Counted from the stretch's first letter, positions 1 through 13,828 are shown. The stretch: DNA of 64,000 bases from Prorocentrum cordatum (GCA_963575745.1 CAUYUJ010000292.1:434001-498000), one strand, 5' to 3'. The notes: a model not told the origin generated them from the letters alone. A program made the numbers and translations.

Positions 1-540
1 TGATAAGGATGACAATGGACGATGGATGAGGAGGATGAGGAGGGGAAGCATGGGAGACGACAAGAAAGAGGAGAAAGGAAAGAGGACTGATAATGGAGGA
101 GGTAGAGAAGTGAAAGGCGAGATAAAGAGGATGATGACAAGCAGGCGATAGGAGAAAAGAGGTGGAGATATGAAGTATTGAAGATAATCGAGGATGAGGA
201 GGGGGTGGATTAGGGGGACCCGGTGATGACGAGAGAGATGGGGGACGACCGAACGACGACTAGGAGAGTGACGGGAAACAAAGCAAGGAGAGGGACTGAC
301 AAGTGTGGAGAGGAGGAAGAGGAGGGGGGAGCAGAAGGGCAGGACGATGGAGGATGGAGGATGGAGGAGGGAAGGATGACGCATGGATGAGGGCGCAAGA
401 GGTAGAGGGAGAACCACGAGGGATCAGAAGCAAGGAGGAATGGAGGGAGGATGGAGAAGGGAGGAAGAGGCACGAGAGAGAAACAATGTCGGGAGGAGGA
501 TCATGTTGGCGAGGACGGGGCAGAGAACGAGCAGGATGAA

Positions 541-700
541 GGGGCCCTGGGACACACAAATAAATAGACACAAATACCAATACTCAATTTCTTTAAATAT
601 TTTCTAGACTTCCGCCTTCCCCCCCACTTCCAATATTTTCCCCATATTTTCCGGGGTATCGACGATTAATTGTGTCTGTGTGTTTTGTTCCCCTCCTGGA
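541..700 (+). repeat. Dispersed family D (GGACACACAAATAAA...CCCATATTTT...CCTCCTG)
   Basis: Copies at about 26258-26425 and 63412-63610 (the latter with an internal (TA)n). Confidence 0.85.
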
Positions 701-837
701 GATCATGGCATGGGAAAGAAAAGGCGGAGGAAAAGGGGTGGCGGAGGATGAGGGCGAGCGTGCTGACGGGGAAGAACGGCCGGGTCGTAGGACAGAAGAA
801 CATCTTTCAAAACCGTGACACCCTCCGCTGGCCAAAC

Positions 838-1030
838 TTCGGGGGCGCGCAAACATGGATAGGCGATCCACGGATTTGGCGCGCGGTCACCAAATCCATG
901 GATCGGGGAGGTGCCCTCTCCAAAGCGAGGCCAATGCTGCCTCGCTCGGCGGCGGAAATCCTCGATTTCCCATGGAAGCGGGACCCGTCGCTAATCCACG
1001 CCCCCTTGATCCATGTTCGCGACCGCCTGA
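838..1030 (+). repeat. Dispersed family E (ATCCATGGAT-rich)
   Basis: Colinear copy at about 51403-51598. Confidence 0.85.
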
Positions 1031-1152
1031 AAACTGAATAACATTTAAGGGTACCCTCCCCCAGGATGCACAAGAACATCCAACGAACACGAAAAAGACT
1101 AGGGTACCCTCCCCGAGCCGGCCACGATCCTATAATTACCTCGGTCCGACCG
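1031..1152 (+). repeat. Dispersed family F (CCCTCCCC..GATGCACAA..CTCGGTCCGAC)
   Basis: Copies at about 27486-27630 and 50698-50840. Confidence 0.8.
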
Positions 1153-1801
1153 TCAGAAGGCAGGGCGGGCAGCAGCAGAATGGGCAGGATATGGCAGGGC
1201 GATGGCGATGACGACGCGCCTTCCCCAGTCTCAGCTCCTCATGGACGCCGAGCAAGCGCCCCGCAGGTCCCTTGTGATGACGATGATGATGGTGGTGATG
1301 GCGACGTCGAGAAACGCGTCGACAAACGCGACGCCAGCGACGACATCGAAGGCGGCGACGACACCTCTCGAGCCACGAGGATGAAGACGACGACGGCGGC
1401 CCCTGCCTGCCTGGCATCAGGACGACGACGACGATGGATACGCGATGACATGTGTCACGAACGAGGCAAGTGTTGAGGAACACGGGTTCTACAATCCATG
1501 GCTCCCGAATGCTCTGTTTATCTACGAATTCTGTCGGGCATGTCCTCCTACAGGCGGATTATCAACAATCAGACATCTATTAGACCAGATCACAGATCGT
1601 CCAACACTCGCACCATTTTTTGTCTGCTTTGAATATTCCTCCTGTGGAAAGGCATGCCCGACTTGTAACTAAAGTGGCTCTTTGACGGCCCTGGGGTGAC
1701 GGGCCCGACCACGTGGCGAACAACCTCCCCACAGGGACCCGATTTCTCGGGGCCCGCTTGCTGCGTGGCGAAGATGGACGACGAAGACGATCGGGGACGT
1801 C

Positions 1802-1957
1802 CAAGAGGGAGCGTCCAAGGGGAGGTGATCCGCATCATGGCCCGAAGCGCGTGCGCGGGCCATGAGTGTGGAAAAGAGACAAGAGGGAGCGTCCAAGGGG
1901 AGGTGATCCGCATCATGGCCCGAAGCGCGTGCGCGGGCCATGAGTGTGGAAAAGAGA
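1802..1957. repeat. Perfect 78-bp tandem duplication
   Basis: CAAGAGGGAGCGTCC...GGAAAAGAG at 1802 and 1880. Confidence 0.95.
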
Positions 1958-3714
1958 GTGTGCCTGAAAACCCATCTACATGTGCCCATCCTTTGGGGGA
2001 CAGAGCCCGCACTAGGAGTCGGGATGCCCCCTAGAGACGCGTGCGCATTGAGGGCAGCTCAGAGGTTAGAGGTAGAGAGATGCGGGCGTCGCCACGGGCA
2101 TGGCCTGCAACATCTTCACAATGAGTGGGCCGAAAGACGTGCTGCAAGAAGAGAAGGGTCACGGAATTCAGAAAAAGGCATCGTGGCCCCGGCCATGAGA
2201 TCCACCGCCACCCCAAGGATATCCCCCCTCGGGGCAACCCCCCCTCACTGCATGGCGAGCAGCGACAACGACAACGAGCCTGGGCGCGAATTGCGTGGGG
2301 GCGATAAATCGGGGGGAAGACAGATGCCCTCTGCGGGCCCTAAAGGGTTCCTTTTGGGCCTTATCATCGGCTACACGCAAGAGTGGCACCAGGCAAGAGT
2401 GACCTTTGATGCGAGGCTTCATGGGGGACGCGGGGTGGCCAAACCTGGGGGCGCAAGCCGCTGCTACCGCCTCGCATACAGCCATCGGGGGACCCGCCTG
2501 TGCCCGCGCCGAAGGTCACTCCGGCGAAAGGTCACTCTTACGTCTAGTCGATTAAAGAGGCCCTTTCAGGGGCCCTACAGGGTGCCTTTTTTATGCGGCC
2601 CTCGCTGTCCCACCACTCACCGTTCCCCCATTACCCAGACCCCCGACGTCGTGAATGTTTCGTGGCGTGACCTCCAGCAGCCTGGGCCCCTTCTCGGGGA
2701 CCGGTTTTTTACCCTGAATCGTTTTGTTGACGGTCCCGAGGCCCCAAATAGAGGCCCCCAGAGGCCGAAAACAGCGAAAAGCTTCCCGCCGTGATTCTTG
2801 TCACAGCTTCCGGAGGTCTGGGCACACGTCCTCCCACGAGCGCGGCCCCCGCCCGCCTGGCACCGGGGCTGCGCGGGGCAGAGCTGGACGCCAGGCGCCC
2901 TCCTGCGATCGGTCAGGGATCCCTTCGGTGCCGCCCCCGTCGCCGCCGCCGTCGAAGCGAGGGCGGCTGCCCGAATGGGGGGGAGGAGGAGGAGGAGGAG
3001 GAGGAGGAGGAGGAGGAGGAGGAGGAGGAGGAGGAGGAGGAGGAGGAGGAAGGAAGCGGGTGAGGAAAAACAGGGAGGGGGAGGATGAGGAGGAAGGGGG
3101 GGATGAGGACACGGAGGGGGGAGAGCGGGGGAGGCGGGTGGACAAAAGAGGACGAAGAGGGGGGGCGAGGCGGGGGAGGACTTCGTTCATCTGTTAAATC
3201 TGCCCTGGGCGTATCTGCCCTGGGCGTTTTGGTTGATGCGCCCGGCGTGTTGGGAATCAATGTTTAGCGCTTTCAAGTCGCAGCAGAAAACGGGGAACAA
3301 CAAACATGTTTTTTTCAGCGTTTTCAGATCAAACTGCTTCCATCGAGAGGAACCCGCTGCCGGAGGGCCGTGGGCTCCCAAGCCTGTTTCGGTCTGGTGC
3401 TACACCAGTGTCAAATATTGTTTCTGCCGTTTTCAATTTTGCGCGCGGGAGCCATCTTCAATCCCCGCCCAATGTATAGATGTCACGACGAGCATGGGAG
3501 AGCGAGAACGAATACGGCAGGGACGGCAAAAAGCAGCCTTCGGCAAGAAGCCAAACAACCGCTATCTAAAGCGACACTCCACAGCGACGGGCCTGAAAAC
3601 GCCAACAAACAACAACCCTCAACACATAACAGAAAAACACGCAACGGATTCTAGCGCCTTCAGCACGTCAAGAACCCATCATGTAGAACGCAAAGAAAAA
3701 CGCCCCGTGCGTTT

Positions 3715-3940
3715 CTGAAGGCTTCTGATATGAATCAAGAATCGGCGAGGAGGGGGGGAAGTGAGAAGGAGAAGGCCTTCTCGGAAGGCGGCGGGACTTC
3801 TCAGAAGCCCTCGCGCCTTCTGAGAAGATTTTTGTGTCTTCGGTAAAAAGGCTCAGGAAACTTCTGGGAAGGCTGGGGGACTTCCGAGCCTTCTGAGAAG
3901 GCCTTCTCCTTCTCACTTCCCCCCCTCGCCCGCCGCCGAA
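3715..3940. repeat. Dispersed palindromic family rich in TTCTGAGAAG/TTCTCAGAAG
   Basis: Related copies at about 14955-15090, 23810-24010 and 33460-33720. Confidence 0.7.
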
Positions 3941-6625
3941 AGAAGGAGGAGGAAAACGAGGAGCAGGAGGAGGAGGGGGTTTGCAAGAGCAAGCGCAGGA
4001 TGCGTCGGCGATGCTGCCCCCCCTCCCTCTTCCCGCCCCGAGCGCCCACCTCAAAACGACGAGCGCCCCGCGGGCCCGCACATGCGGGCGAGGGCCTGCG
4101 CAAGGAAGGGCTTTACCTGCCCTGCGCGTTCCTGGCTATAGAAACTGCGGCATGGCAGTTCCAATCCGCCGACCCCTTGGGGATCATCGGCGTGTAAGAT
4201 GCTTCCCCTTCCCCAAACCCCTCCCCCTGGAGCCCGGTCCGGTCGATTTGGAGGGGAGGGGGGGGGGTCCGGCCCGAGCTCGTCAGGGGGGTCCGGCCCT
4301 TCCCGTGCTCCTTTTGGAGGTCCACGACCCCCAAAAACAAAGGGGTCGGCGGTGTGGCGTAAGCCTAAGAATCAATTCACCACAGAGTCCTACGAACGCC
4401 CAATATGAGCTAAACGATCCGTGTGGCCAGCACATGAGTCACATGAGCTGGCACGTGCGACCATGCCTGGCCAGAAGCATAAAGGCGAGAGTGAGGTCTC
4501 AGAGCTACGCTCGCTGTCCATGTTGTTGTTCCCCCTGTCTCCTCGTCGTCACCCTACCTGTCGTTGGCACCTGCTCCTCTTCCCCACCTCCTCCCCGCTA
4601 GGCTGAAGGTCGCCCGCGGAGCGCTCCAATGGGCGCGCGGATGCTATACCATGTTCCCAGAAGCTGCAAAGCCCACAGAACAGTCGGATGGGCGCGCGGA
4701 GCTGGAAAGCCCACGGAGCTCGGTGCGCTCGGATGAGCGCGCGGATGCTACCGAACCTCCTCACTCGGCGATCGATTCTTCGCCCGAGGGCGCGCTCGTC
4801 ACCCTCGGCATCGCCGCTGTCGCAGCTGTCTTGTGGCCGCGGCCGCCGCGTCCAGGAGACGTGGCCTTCACGGCGGCGGTCGGCAACGGCCCCCTCCCCC
4901 TCCCCGCAGCTCCCGGACACAGCGACGGCCCCCTCGGCTGCCGCAGAGCTCTGCCAGAGGCCGCTCTGCGAGAGCTGGGGCCTTCCCGGCACTCTCTGCG
5001 GCCGCTCCCCGAGACGCGCCTCTTCCCCCCAAACCCCCGGCGTCGTGCCTTTTCTCATGGCGTGGCTCTCAGAAATCTGGGCCCCTTCCCGTGGACCGTT
5101 TTTTTGTGCCGAGGCGTTTGTTGACGCTCCCGAGGCCCGGCGAGGGCCCCCGGAGGCCGAAAGTAGCGAGACACTTCCTGTCGTGTGTTTTTTTTCGCAG
5201 CGCGCGGAGGCCCGTGTCTCTGGGCGACAGATGGTTCCTCAAAGACAGGAGCGTCGGAGTGCGGGCGCGACGGAAACGCAGGAGAGCTCAGACTCGAATC
5301 GATAAGTCGGATCGGCGATCGAAACGAATCGGATCGGCGGAAGTCGGCAGCCGAGTCAGGAGAAGTCGAGTCGGCGGAAATCGGCAACATGGCAGGCCTC
5401 CATTGAGGATGGGAATCCAAATCGGAACCCCAAGTCGAATCGCATCGGAATCGGAAGCCATCGAAGTCGAATCGAATAGAATCGGAGGAATCGAAATGAG
5501 CCCTGGAAACGCGCCTCGGTGGGCGATGCCTTCGTGCAAGGGCGCCGCGCTGCGCCGAGCGTCGCATGGCCGTTCGGCGACGTTCTGCCCAGCGTCGCAC
5601 GGCCAAGCGCAACAAAAGGAGGCAGGGATCCATAGCGTGATGCGGTCACGTCGCGGCACTGCGCTACCCTGCTGCTGCTGCTGCGTGGTTACGCTACTCT
5701 TTGGCTACATGTGCGGATGTCGCGTGTCGCCCACGATGGAAGGTATGACCGCGCGCGTCAAACCATGGTGCATGCCGGCGTCATCAGCACTACGTGAGCA
5801 TACTGCTGGGTGGCATCGCTACCTGTGGTTGCGCCGCTGTGCTGCAAGTACAACCTTAGGAAACCCACGGCGCCCCCCTCCCCGGCGACATCGCCCGCAC
5901 CAAACATTTAATGAATACACGTTTTCTGAGGCCCCCCCCCCTCCGGCGATATCGTTCGTACGTGACATAAAACAAATGGACCGGTAACTTCCATAGCTCG
6001 CTGATGGAAGAGGTCGTCGCGAAAATCGATGACACGACCCTTTCCGCAGGGCCGATGTTTTCATCCTGAACCGTTTTTTGACGGTGCCCAGGCCCGGTGA
6101 GGGTCCCCAGAAGCCGAAAATAGCGGAACACCTCTCGTCGTGCTTTCCTCATGAGCAGAAGGGGGTCTGGGGACATGGGAAGAAGGGAGAGGGGGAGGCC
6201 GAGGGGGGAAGGATGGAGGGGAGGTGAGAGGATGATTCCCCGAGTCGGAGCAGGAGGAGGGGTTGCGTGGAGGAGGATGCGGGCAAGACTCGTGTCCATA
6301 TCCACTGCTTCTTGGAGTCCCGAGCTCCAACCCCCAGAAGCCAGAGGCGCAATGGATATGGACAAAAAAAGAATGGCCCCTAGGGGCTAGGTCTTTGTCC
6401 ATATCCACTGCGCCTCGGCATTGTGGCACCCCTTCCCAGAACATCCACGACGCAGTGGATATGTATACACATCTTGCCCGCAGGAGATGCGACGGCCCAG
6501 GCCGTCCTCGGGGCGGCGGCGCCGCGTCCGCGCAGCTCGGCCACGGTGGTGCGGATGCCCGGGGCCTGGATGTCCGCCGCCTGCAGGAGGGTCGGACCGT
6601 ACCGTCGTCGGGGGGGAGGGAGGGG

Positions 6626-6850
6626 GGAGGAGGAGGAGGAGGAGGAGGAGGAGGAGGAGGAGGAGGAGGAGGAGGAGGAGGAGGAGGAGGAGGAGGAGGA
6701 GGAGGAGAGGAGGAGGAGGAGGAGGAGGAGGAGGAGGAGGAGAGAGGAGGAGGAGGAGGAGGAGGAGGAGGAGAAGGAGGAGGAGGAGGAGGAGGAGGAG
6801 GAGGAAAGAGAGGAGGTGGAGGAGGAGGAGGAGGAGGAGGAGGAGGAGGA
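6626..6850. repeat. (GGA)n microsatellite, representative of dozens of GGA/CCT, CAT, GAC and ATT tracts
   Basis: Others include 2983-3050, 9255-9490, 20950-21470, 26600-27005, 31815-32050, 35455-35780, 46260-47600 and 61160-61530. Confidence 0.98.
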
Positions 6851-8870
6851 TCGTCATCGACGCTGAAGAGAGAACGGAGCGGGCCTTGCTGGCCACGACG
6901 GGCTTCGGCGACGCACGGGCTCCACGACCCAGGGCGAGGGAGCGGCCAGGACACACGAGCCCCCTTCCATCGGGGGCGGCCAAGAGGGGGGCGTCCAAGG
7001 GGGTAGGGTGCAAATCATGGCCGGCGGCATGTGCTCGGCCCAAGGGGGGGCCAGGGACGTAATGAAACAAGAAGAGGCGCCACGAACTCAGGAGAAATGT
7101 CATGACCCACGCCAAGATATCCCCCCTCCCTAATCATCACCCTCCACTTTGCCGCCCCCAGTTCCAGCGTCTTGGCTGTACTGGCGGTGCCAGATAACAA
7201 TCATCGCAAGCGTCGGCGCTCCAAGCAGCGCCATACGGAGTGCTGCGCTGGCACGGTTGCGGAACTTGCCGCAGGCAGATGGACGCTGCTTCAATGCTAT
7301 GCTCAGCATTGCTGTCTCTCGAGCTGCTGATGTCGTCATCATCTTGTGCAGAAGAAGGGGGGTACGTCAATAGTGCAGAAGAGCGAGCGCCAAAGAATGA
7401 CGCGACGAGGCTGTTTCTGGCCACGGCGAGCCTCGGCCACGAACTGGTTCCCTGACCTAAACCTATCGAGCGGCCCAAGGTGGGAGATGGGAGCGAACCA
7501 CTGCAAATGACTGTCGCGGTAAGGCGCATGTGAAACTACGAAGTGATCCTTGAAAACGATACGATGATCCTGGTAATAGTGGTGTCCTGTAAGCGCTGGT
7601 TTTTTCCAATATTTGTTCACGTTGATACGCCTAAACAGGACTATTGATCTTGCTAGCCTCCACATGTCAACTGGAGAGGACGTGGTCAGGCCCTTATTCA
7701 GGGAATAGGGTGTGACTTGAACTTCACTCTGAAGCGCTCGGCTTACCCTGGAGCCGTCGTGGTAGCCTGGTACTGCAAGCCACCTCGCAAAGGGAGGGGC
7801 GCCCGAGGAGGAGGGAGGAGGGAGGAGGGGGAAAGAAAATGCCAGCCTCCTTCCCCTGATTAGCTTCGTCATGGACGTCGTCGTCGGTAAGCGCCCTCCT
7901 AAACCTGCTCGCCCCCCCCCCGCCCTCCTCACCTTTCTCCTCCTGCAGCTCATCACCGTCCTCCTTCTTGTTCTCGTCCTCCTCCTCCTCAGCCTCCCTC
8001 CTCCTCCTCCTCCTTCTCCTCCTCCTCGTCCTCCTCCTCCTCCTCCTCCTCGGAAGAGAAGGTGAAGAAGGACCTGAGTAAGCACAGGGTGCACCAGCGG
8101 TGCTGCAATACACCCTGTCGTCCCAAGCCCCCTGCTCACTCATCCCTACAGACAGTCCTTCTTGCTGCAGGAGGTGCCTCCTCAAAAGACGCGTGGTCCT
8201 GCCATTCAGACGAGAGCCCCTTCTCGAGCAGGGGTGCGCTCCACTTCTTGCTTTGATGCGTGCGAAGTACATAAGAAAGGCGGCAAGGTCAAGCCCATAC
8301 GGCTGCAGGAAATGATGACGAGAGCCCCGCTGTGAGAAGGACCGGCCCTCCATTGTGGCACGGTTGCGGAATCGCATACTTCTGGCCATGCAAGCTGAGA
8401 ACGTCTCGTGCACGCGAGAACACCGTGTCCGTGTGGGCGATTTCGGAAATCCAGAACCCAAACACGTTTTCAACTATTGGGCAAACACCTTTCACTTCCG
8501 CCGGCTTCCGCCGAGCTTCCGCTGGCTTCCGCCAGCGGAGGCGGCCTAGTTTTACTTCCGTCGACCTTCCGCCGAGGAAGAGAGGGCAACTCCTCCGATC
8601 CTCGAAGGCAAGACCCTCTTTTGCACGCCTCGTGTGGTCGCGGCCCAGGGGCCCGAGCCCCGCCCGGCCCAAACCCGTCCCGACCCGTTTCCCGAGGTCG
8701 ACCCGGCCCTGGCGACGAGAAGCCTCTCCAGAGAAGGCCCAAGAAAGGACGAAAGACACTCAGCAGGGCCGCCCCAACGGCCAACACCTTCCAAAGCCCG
8801 TTTCCCTCGGGACACCTCTCCGTCATGGCGTAGCGCGTCGCGGCGGCTGTCCCGGCGACACGCTAGCGTG

Positions 8871-9029
8871 AGGTCGGGCATGTCCCCCTTACAGGCACAT
8901 TTGGATGGAAAGCTGCACGATACTCCAACAAAGCCCAGAATAGTCAAACAAATCCTCGAGAAATCGGCCCCAGAGACTTTTCTGACTAGTTTTGACTACT
9001 CCTCCTGCAGAGGGGCAGGCCCAACTTAA
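8871..9029. mobile_element. MITE-like family A (about 130-190 bp, TIR AGGTCGGGCATGTCCC..TACAGG)
   Basis: Related copies at about 1533-1664, 9606-9757, 14450-14645, 16493-16680, 21984-22170, 24558-24665, 24796-24930, 35156-35314 and 52803-52949. Confidence 0.8.
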
Positions 9030-10561
9030 CGCCAGCGAGCGGATAGCGTGTGCTCCCACAGCCCCGGGCTGGCTGCCACTCCACGCCAACCTTGCCCCCG
9101 TGGTTCGCCACGGTCGCCCACCGCGCGCCTGGCTGCTGCTGCCCGCCGGCTGCTGCCGCCCGCCGGCTGTCCCTATACCTAGCTGTTGCGCTGGTGGGGA
9201 ATTCGCCGCCTTGCCGCTGACAAAAGCAGCTCCGCTCCGCGGGGCGGGAGGCCGAGGAGGAGGAGGAAGAGGAGGAGGAGGGGGAGGAGGAGGAGGAGGA
9301 GGAGGAAGAGGAGGAGGAGGAGGAGGAGGAGGAGGAGGAGGAGGAGGAGGGGGAGGAGGAGGGGAGGAGGAGGAGAGGGGAGGAGGAGGGAGGAGGAGGA
9401 GGGAGGAGGAGGAGGAGGAGAGGAGGAGGCGGAGGAGGAGGAGGAGGCGGAGGAGGAGTAGGAGGGGGAGGAGGAGGAGGGGGAGGCGGGGAGGAGCTCA
9501 GGACGCCGACGCCTCAGAACCGGGAATAGGACTCCGCGCGTCGCGCCCTTCGAAGCGCGGTGGGATCCTGAGCCAGCCGCGCGACGTCCTGAGCAACTAG
9601 TTTTTTAGGTCGGGCGTGTCCCCCTCCAGGGGGAGTGTGGACGAAACATCGAAAATAGTCAAACAAATGTTCAAAACGTATCCCCCCCCAAAAAAAACAG
9701 ACTATTGTTTTGACTATTTGGGGATATTCCTCCTGTAGAGGGACAGGCCCGCCTTAGAGCCTGCTGCGCGCCAGCTGCGCGAGCGACATCCTGAGCAACT
9801 ATAAATCGAGGTATCCTTAGAGGCAGCCCCCCAAAAAGGCAGATACATCAACTTTTGACGGTCTGGGCAGACTTCTTGGATCTGCATTGGGACCCCCCTC
9901 CCTTTTCTGACTCGAGGTATTCTTAGAGGCGCCAGACAAAAGTGCATACACATAAACTTTTAACGGTTCGCGCAGATATCTTGGATCTACATTAGACCCC
10001 CTCGATGGCGGGCGGAGCGCGCCAGGGGCGGCGCCTGAGGCGCCGCCAGGGAGGCCCAACGCCGATCCAAGAACTCCGCGGGGACCGTCAAACGTTTATG
10101 TTTATGCTCTTGTTTGTCTTTCGAGCCCCGCCCATTCCTCCCCCCCATTAGAGGCCTCCCAGATGGGGTCGGAGTAAATGGGGTCAGAAGATCGCGCCGC
10201 ATCGCCGATGCATCGCCGATGCATCGGCGATGCATCGGCGACGTCGGCGATGCATCGGCGACTCCAGCGTGGAGAAAATCTCTCTCCACATCGAGCCGCA
10301 TCGACGATGCATCGGCGATGCGGCGCGATCCTCCGACCCCATCTGCTCGGACACAACCTGGGAGGCCTACGGCAAGCTCGTGTCGTGCCGACTTGCGCGT
10401 CGGTTTCTGACACCGCGGGGAACGTTCGACCTTGAACGATCGGCCGTGAACCGAAACGTCAGATCGTTCAACATCGGCCGATTCTGGGTCTCCAGCGGCG
10501 CTCAACGTTGAACGCGGGCGGCGGGGTCGCCGCCGGTCGAGACCACGCGAACCTACCTAGC

Positions 10562-10798
10562 GGCCTCCTAGATGGGGTCGGAGTAGATGGGGTCGGGGGG
10601 TCGCCGATGCATCGGCGATGCATCATCGATGCATTGGCGATGCATCGGCGATGCATCGGCGACGTCGGCGATGCATCGGCGACGTCGACGTAGAGAAAAA
10701 CGGGCTCCACATCAAGCCACATCGCCGATGCATAACCGATGCATCGGCGATGCGGCGCGATCCTCCGACCCCCTACTCGAACCCCATCTAGGAGGCCT
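10562..10798. mobile_element. MITE-like family B (TIR GGCCTCCTAGATGGGG.., core of GATGCATCGGC repeats)
   Basis: Copies at 10151-10368, 10562-10798, 15321-15520 (truncated) and 20311-20445 (decayed). TA at several ends. Confidence 0.85.
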
Positions 10799-11619
10799 AA
10801 GCTACCGTATTCCCATGCGCCTCTGACTTCCCCCCAGAACCCATCGACGCCCCCCTCCTGGCCTCGGCACCCCCACCCCACGGAACCTCTGTCCTTGGGA
10901 CCCCCCCCGCCCCACAACTTCTCGCCCGGAACCCACCGACGCCCCCCTCCTGGCCTCGGGCACCCCCACCCCACGGAACCTCTGTTCATTGGGACCCCAC
11001 AGCACCTCCCCTCCCTTCCCTCGGCGGTGGACAGTCCTCCCTTTAGTAAACCACCCTTTACTGAAAACGGCCTGTGAGTGAGGGCCGCGATGCCCTCTCG
11101 CGAACCGACAACGGCCAATTCGCCAATCGACGTGTCCGGGTAGGAGGTCTATCGACCTCCGACTCCCCCCCCCCCCCTCGCCCACGAGGGGCGGGGTGCG
11201 GGGTGGCGTGCCGGCCCCTCCGCTGGCCTCGAGGAGGAGCGCGGACGGAGGGGCCTCGAGGATCGAGGGCGTCCGTGGAGGGTCCGACTGCCCCTCGGAT
11301 CTAACGCTGCGAAGAGAATGCAGCATTCGGCGGTGGACAGGCCTCCCTTTAGCAGACCTCCCCTCAGAGAAAACGGCCTGGGACCGAAGCCGACGGACCT
11401 GGACCCGCAAAAATGACCTCCGCGACGCCCTCTCGGGAACCGAAGACGGCCAATTCCCTAATCGACATGTCAGGGTAGGAGGTTTATCAACCTCCTAGCA
11501 ACATCACTAAAACATCACCGCCAGGCGTGGGCGTGGGCGCGGGCGTAGGCCCAGGCGTGGACGACCCGCCATGAGATGGGACGATTATTCTCTTGCACAG
11601 GGTGTCTAGAGTTCCGACC

Positions 11620-13700
11620 ACCTTATTTCGGCGACGTCGTCGCTCCCCCCCAAGTGCCTTGTGCCCTTCATGTGTCGCTATATGTGTCGCTGTGTGCCTT
11701 GTGCCCTTCATGTGCCGCTACATGTGTCGCTGTGTGTCGCTATGCGTCTCCATGTGTGCGTCGCTATGTGTCGCTGTGCGTCGCTATGCGTCGATATGCG
11801 TGTGCCGATATATGTCTCTATGTGTCGATATGTGTCGACATGTGTCGCTATGTGTCGCTCCCCAGCACCCCAGCGCACCGCCCCCTCCGCCCCGACGACT
11901 TTATTTCGGCGTCGTCCTCGCCCCCCCCCCCTCTCCCTCTCCTCAGCAGCCCAGCGCGCTGCCCCCTCCGCCCCAACAACTTTATTTCGGCGTTGTGTCG
12001 AAATGTGTCGCTATGTGTCGCTCCCCAGCACCCCAGCGCACCGCCCCCGCCGCCCCGACGACTTTATTTCGGCGGCGTCGTCGTCGCCCCCCCCCCCCTT
12101 CTCGCCTCAGCAGCCCAGCGCGCTGTCCCCCTCCGCCCCGACCACTTTATTTCGGCGTTGTGTCGACATGTGTCGCTATGTGTCGCTCCCCAGCACCCCA
12201 GCGCACCGCCCCCTCCGCCCCGACGACTTTATTTCGGCGTCGTCGTCGCCCCCCCCCCTCTCCCTCTCCTCAGCAGCCCAGCGCGCTGCCCCCTCCGCCC
12301 CGACCACTTTATTTCGGCGTCGTCGTCGCCCCCCCCGGTCCTTTTCCCCAGCAGCCCAGCGCACCGCCCTCTCCGCCCCGACCACTTTATTTCGGCGTCG
12401 TCGTCGCCCTATTTCGGCGTTGTGTCGACATGTGTCGCTTTCCCCAGCAGCCCAGCGCACCGCCCACCTTGCGGCGTCGCCTCGCCCAATTTCGCATCTC
12501 CCTCTCCCTCAGCGTTGAGCGCGCTCTCCGCCCAGCGCGCCGCCCCTCCGCCCCGACCACTTTATTTCGGCGTCGTCGTCGCCCCCCCCCCCCTTCTCCC
12601 CAGCAGCCCAGCCCAGCGCACCGCCCCCTCCGCCCCGACCACTTTATTCTCCGTCGTCGCGCAGCAGCCCAGCCTCGTCAACTTTAGCAGCTCGCCCCGA
12701 CCATTTTATTTCGCGTCGCTTCCCCCCCCCCCCGCGTCCTCAGCGCCAGAGTGGGGCCCCCGCGCCGTGGCTCTCTGCCCCAAGCCCCCCCGCGTCCCCA
12801 GCGCCCCAGCGGGGGCCCCGCCCACTGCCCCCTCCGCCACGAACGCTTTATCCCGCGTCGCCCCCCCCGCCCCCCCGCGTCCCCAGCGCCAGTGTGAGGC
12901 CCACGCGCCGTGGCTTTCTGCCCCGAGCCCACCGCGTCCCCAGCGCCCCAGCGGGGGCCCCGCCCACTGCCCCCTCCGCCACGAACGGTTTCTCCCGCGT
13001 CGCAGCTCCCCCCCCTCCCCCGCGTCTCCAGCGCCAGTGTGGGACCCCTGCGCCGTGGCTCTCTGCCCCAAGCCCCACTGCGTCCCCAGCGCCCCAGCGG
13101 GGCCCCCGCCCACTGCCCCCTCCGACACGAACGCTGTATTACACGTCGCACCCCCCCCCTCCGCGTCCCCAGCGCCAGAGTGGGACCCCCGCGCCGTGGT
13201 TCTCTGCCCCGAGCCCCCCGCGCCCCCAGCGCCCCAGCGGGGGCACCGCCCACTGCCCCTTCCGCCACTAACGCTTCATCCCGCGTCGCGCCGCACACCG
13301 CCTCCCCCACCTCCCTCCCCGCGTCCCCAGCGCCCCAGTGGGGGCTCTGCCCCTCCCCCTCCGCCCCGCCCGCACACCACCTACCTCCCTCCCCGCGTCC
13401 CCAGCGCCCCAGTGGGGACTCCGCCCCGTGCCCCTTCCGCCCCGACAATTTTATTCCGCGTCGCGACGCACGCCACCTCCCCCCCTTCCCCCCCTTTCCC
13501 CAGCGCCCCAGTTGGACCCCCGCCCCGTGGCCCTCTGCCCCAAGCCCCGCCCAGTGCCCCCTCCGCCCCGACAGTTTATTCCGCGTCGCGGCACACACCA
13601 CCCCCCCTCCTCTCCGCGCCCCCAGCGCCCCAGTGGGACCTCCGCCCCGTGCTCCCTCCGCTCCGAGCACTTTATGCCGCGTCGCGACGCACGCCGCCTC
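11620..13700. repeat. Composite C-rich minisatellite
   Basis: TGTGTCGCTA-type short repeats, then units with ACTTTATTTCGGCGT, grading into longer units with CGCGTCCCCAGCGCC. Confidence 0.9.
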
Positions 13701-13797
13701 CCCCACCCTCCCCACCTGGGACTTGGGCCCCGTTGCTGGGCCCAGAGGGCGATGCCTTGCCCCCTCTTCCCCCCTCCTCCTCCACCTCCACCTCCTC

Positions 13798-13828
<31 letters not shown>

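Noticed and set aside
7140..7790. Possible decayed endonuclease on the minus strand (HFVVSHAP..QWF)
   Set aside because: One weak motif with no supporting QE, DxN or DH motifs.
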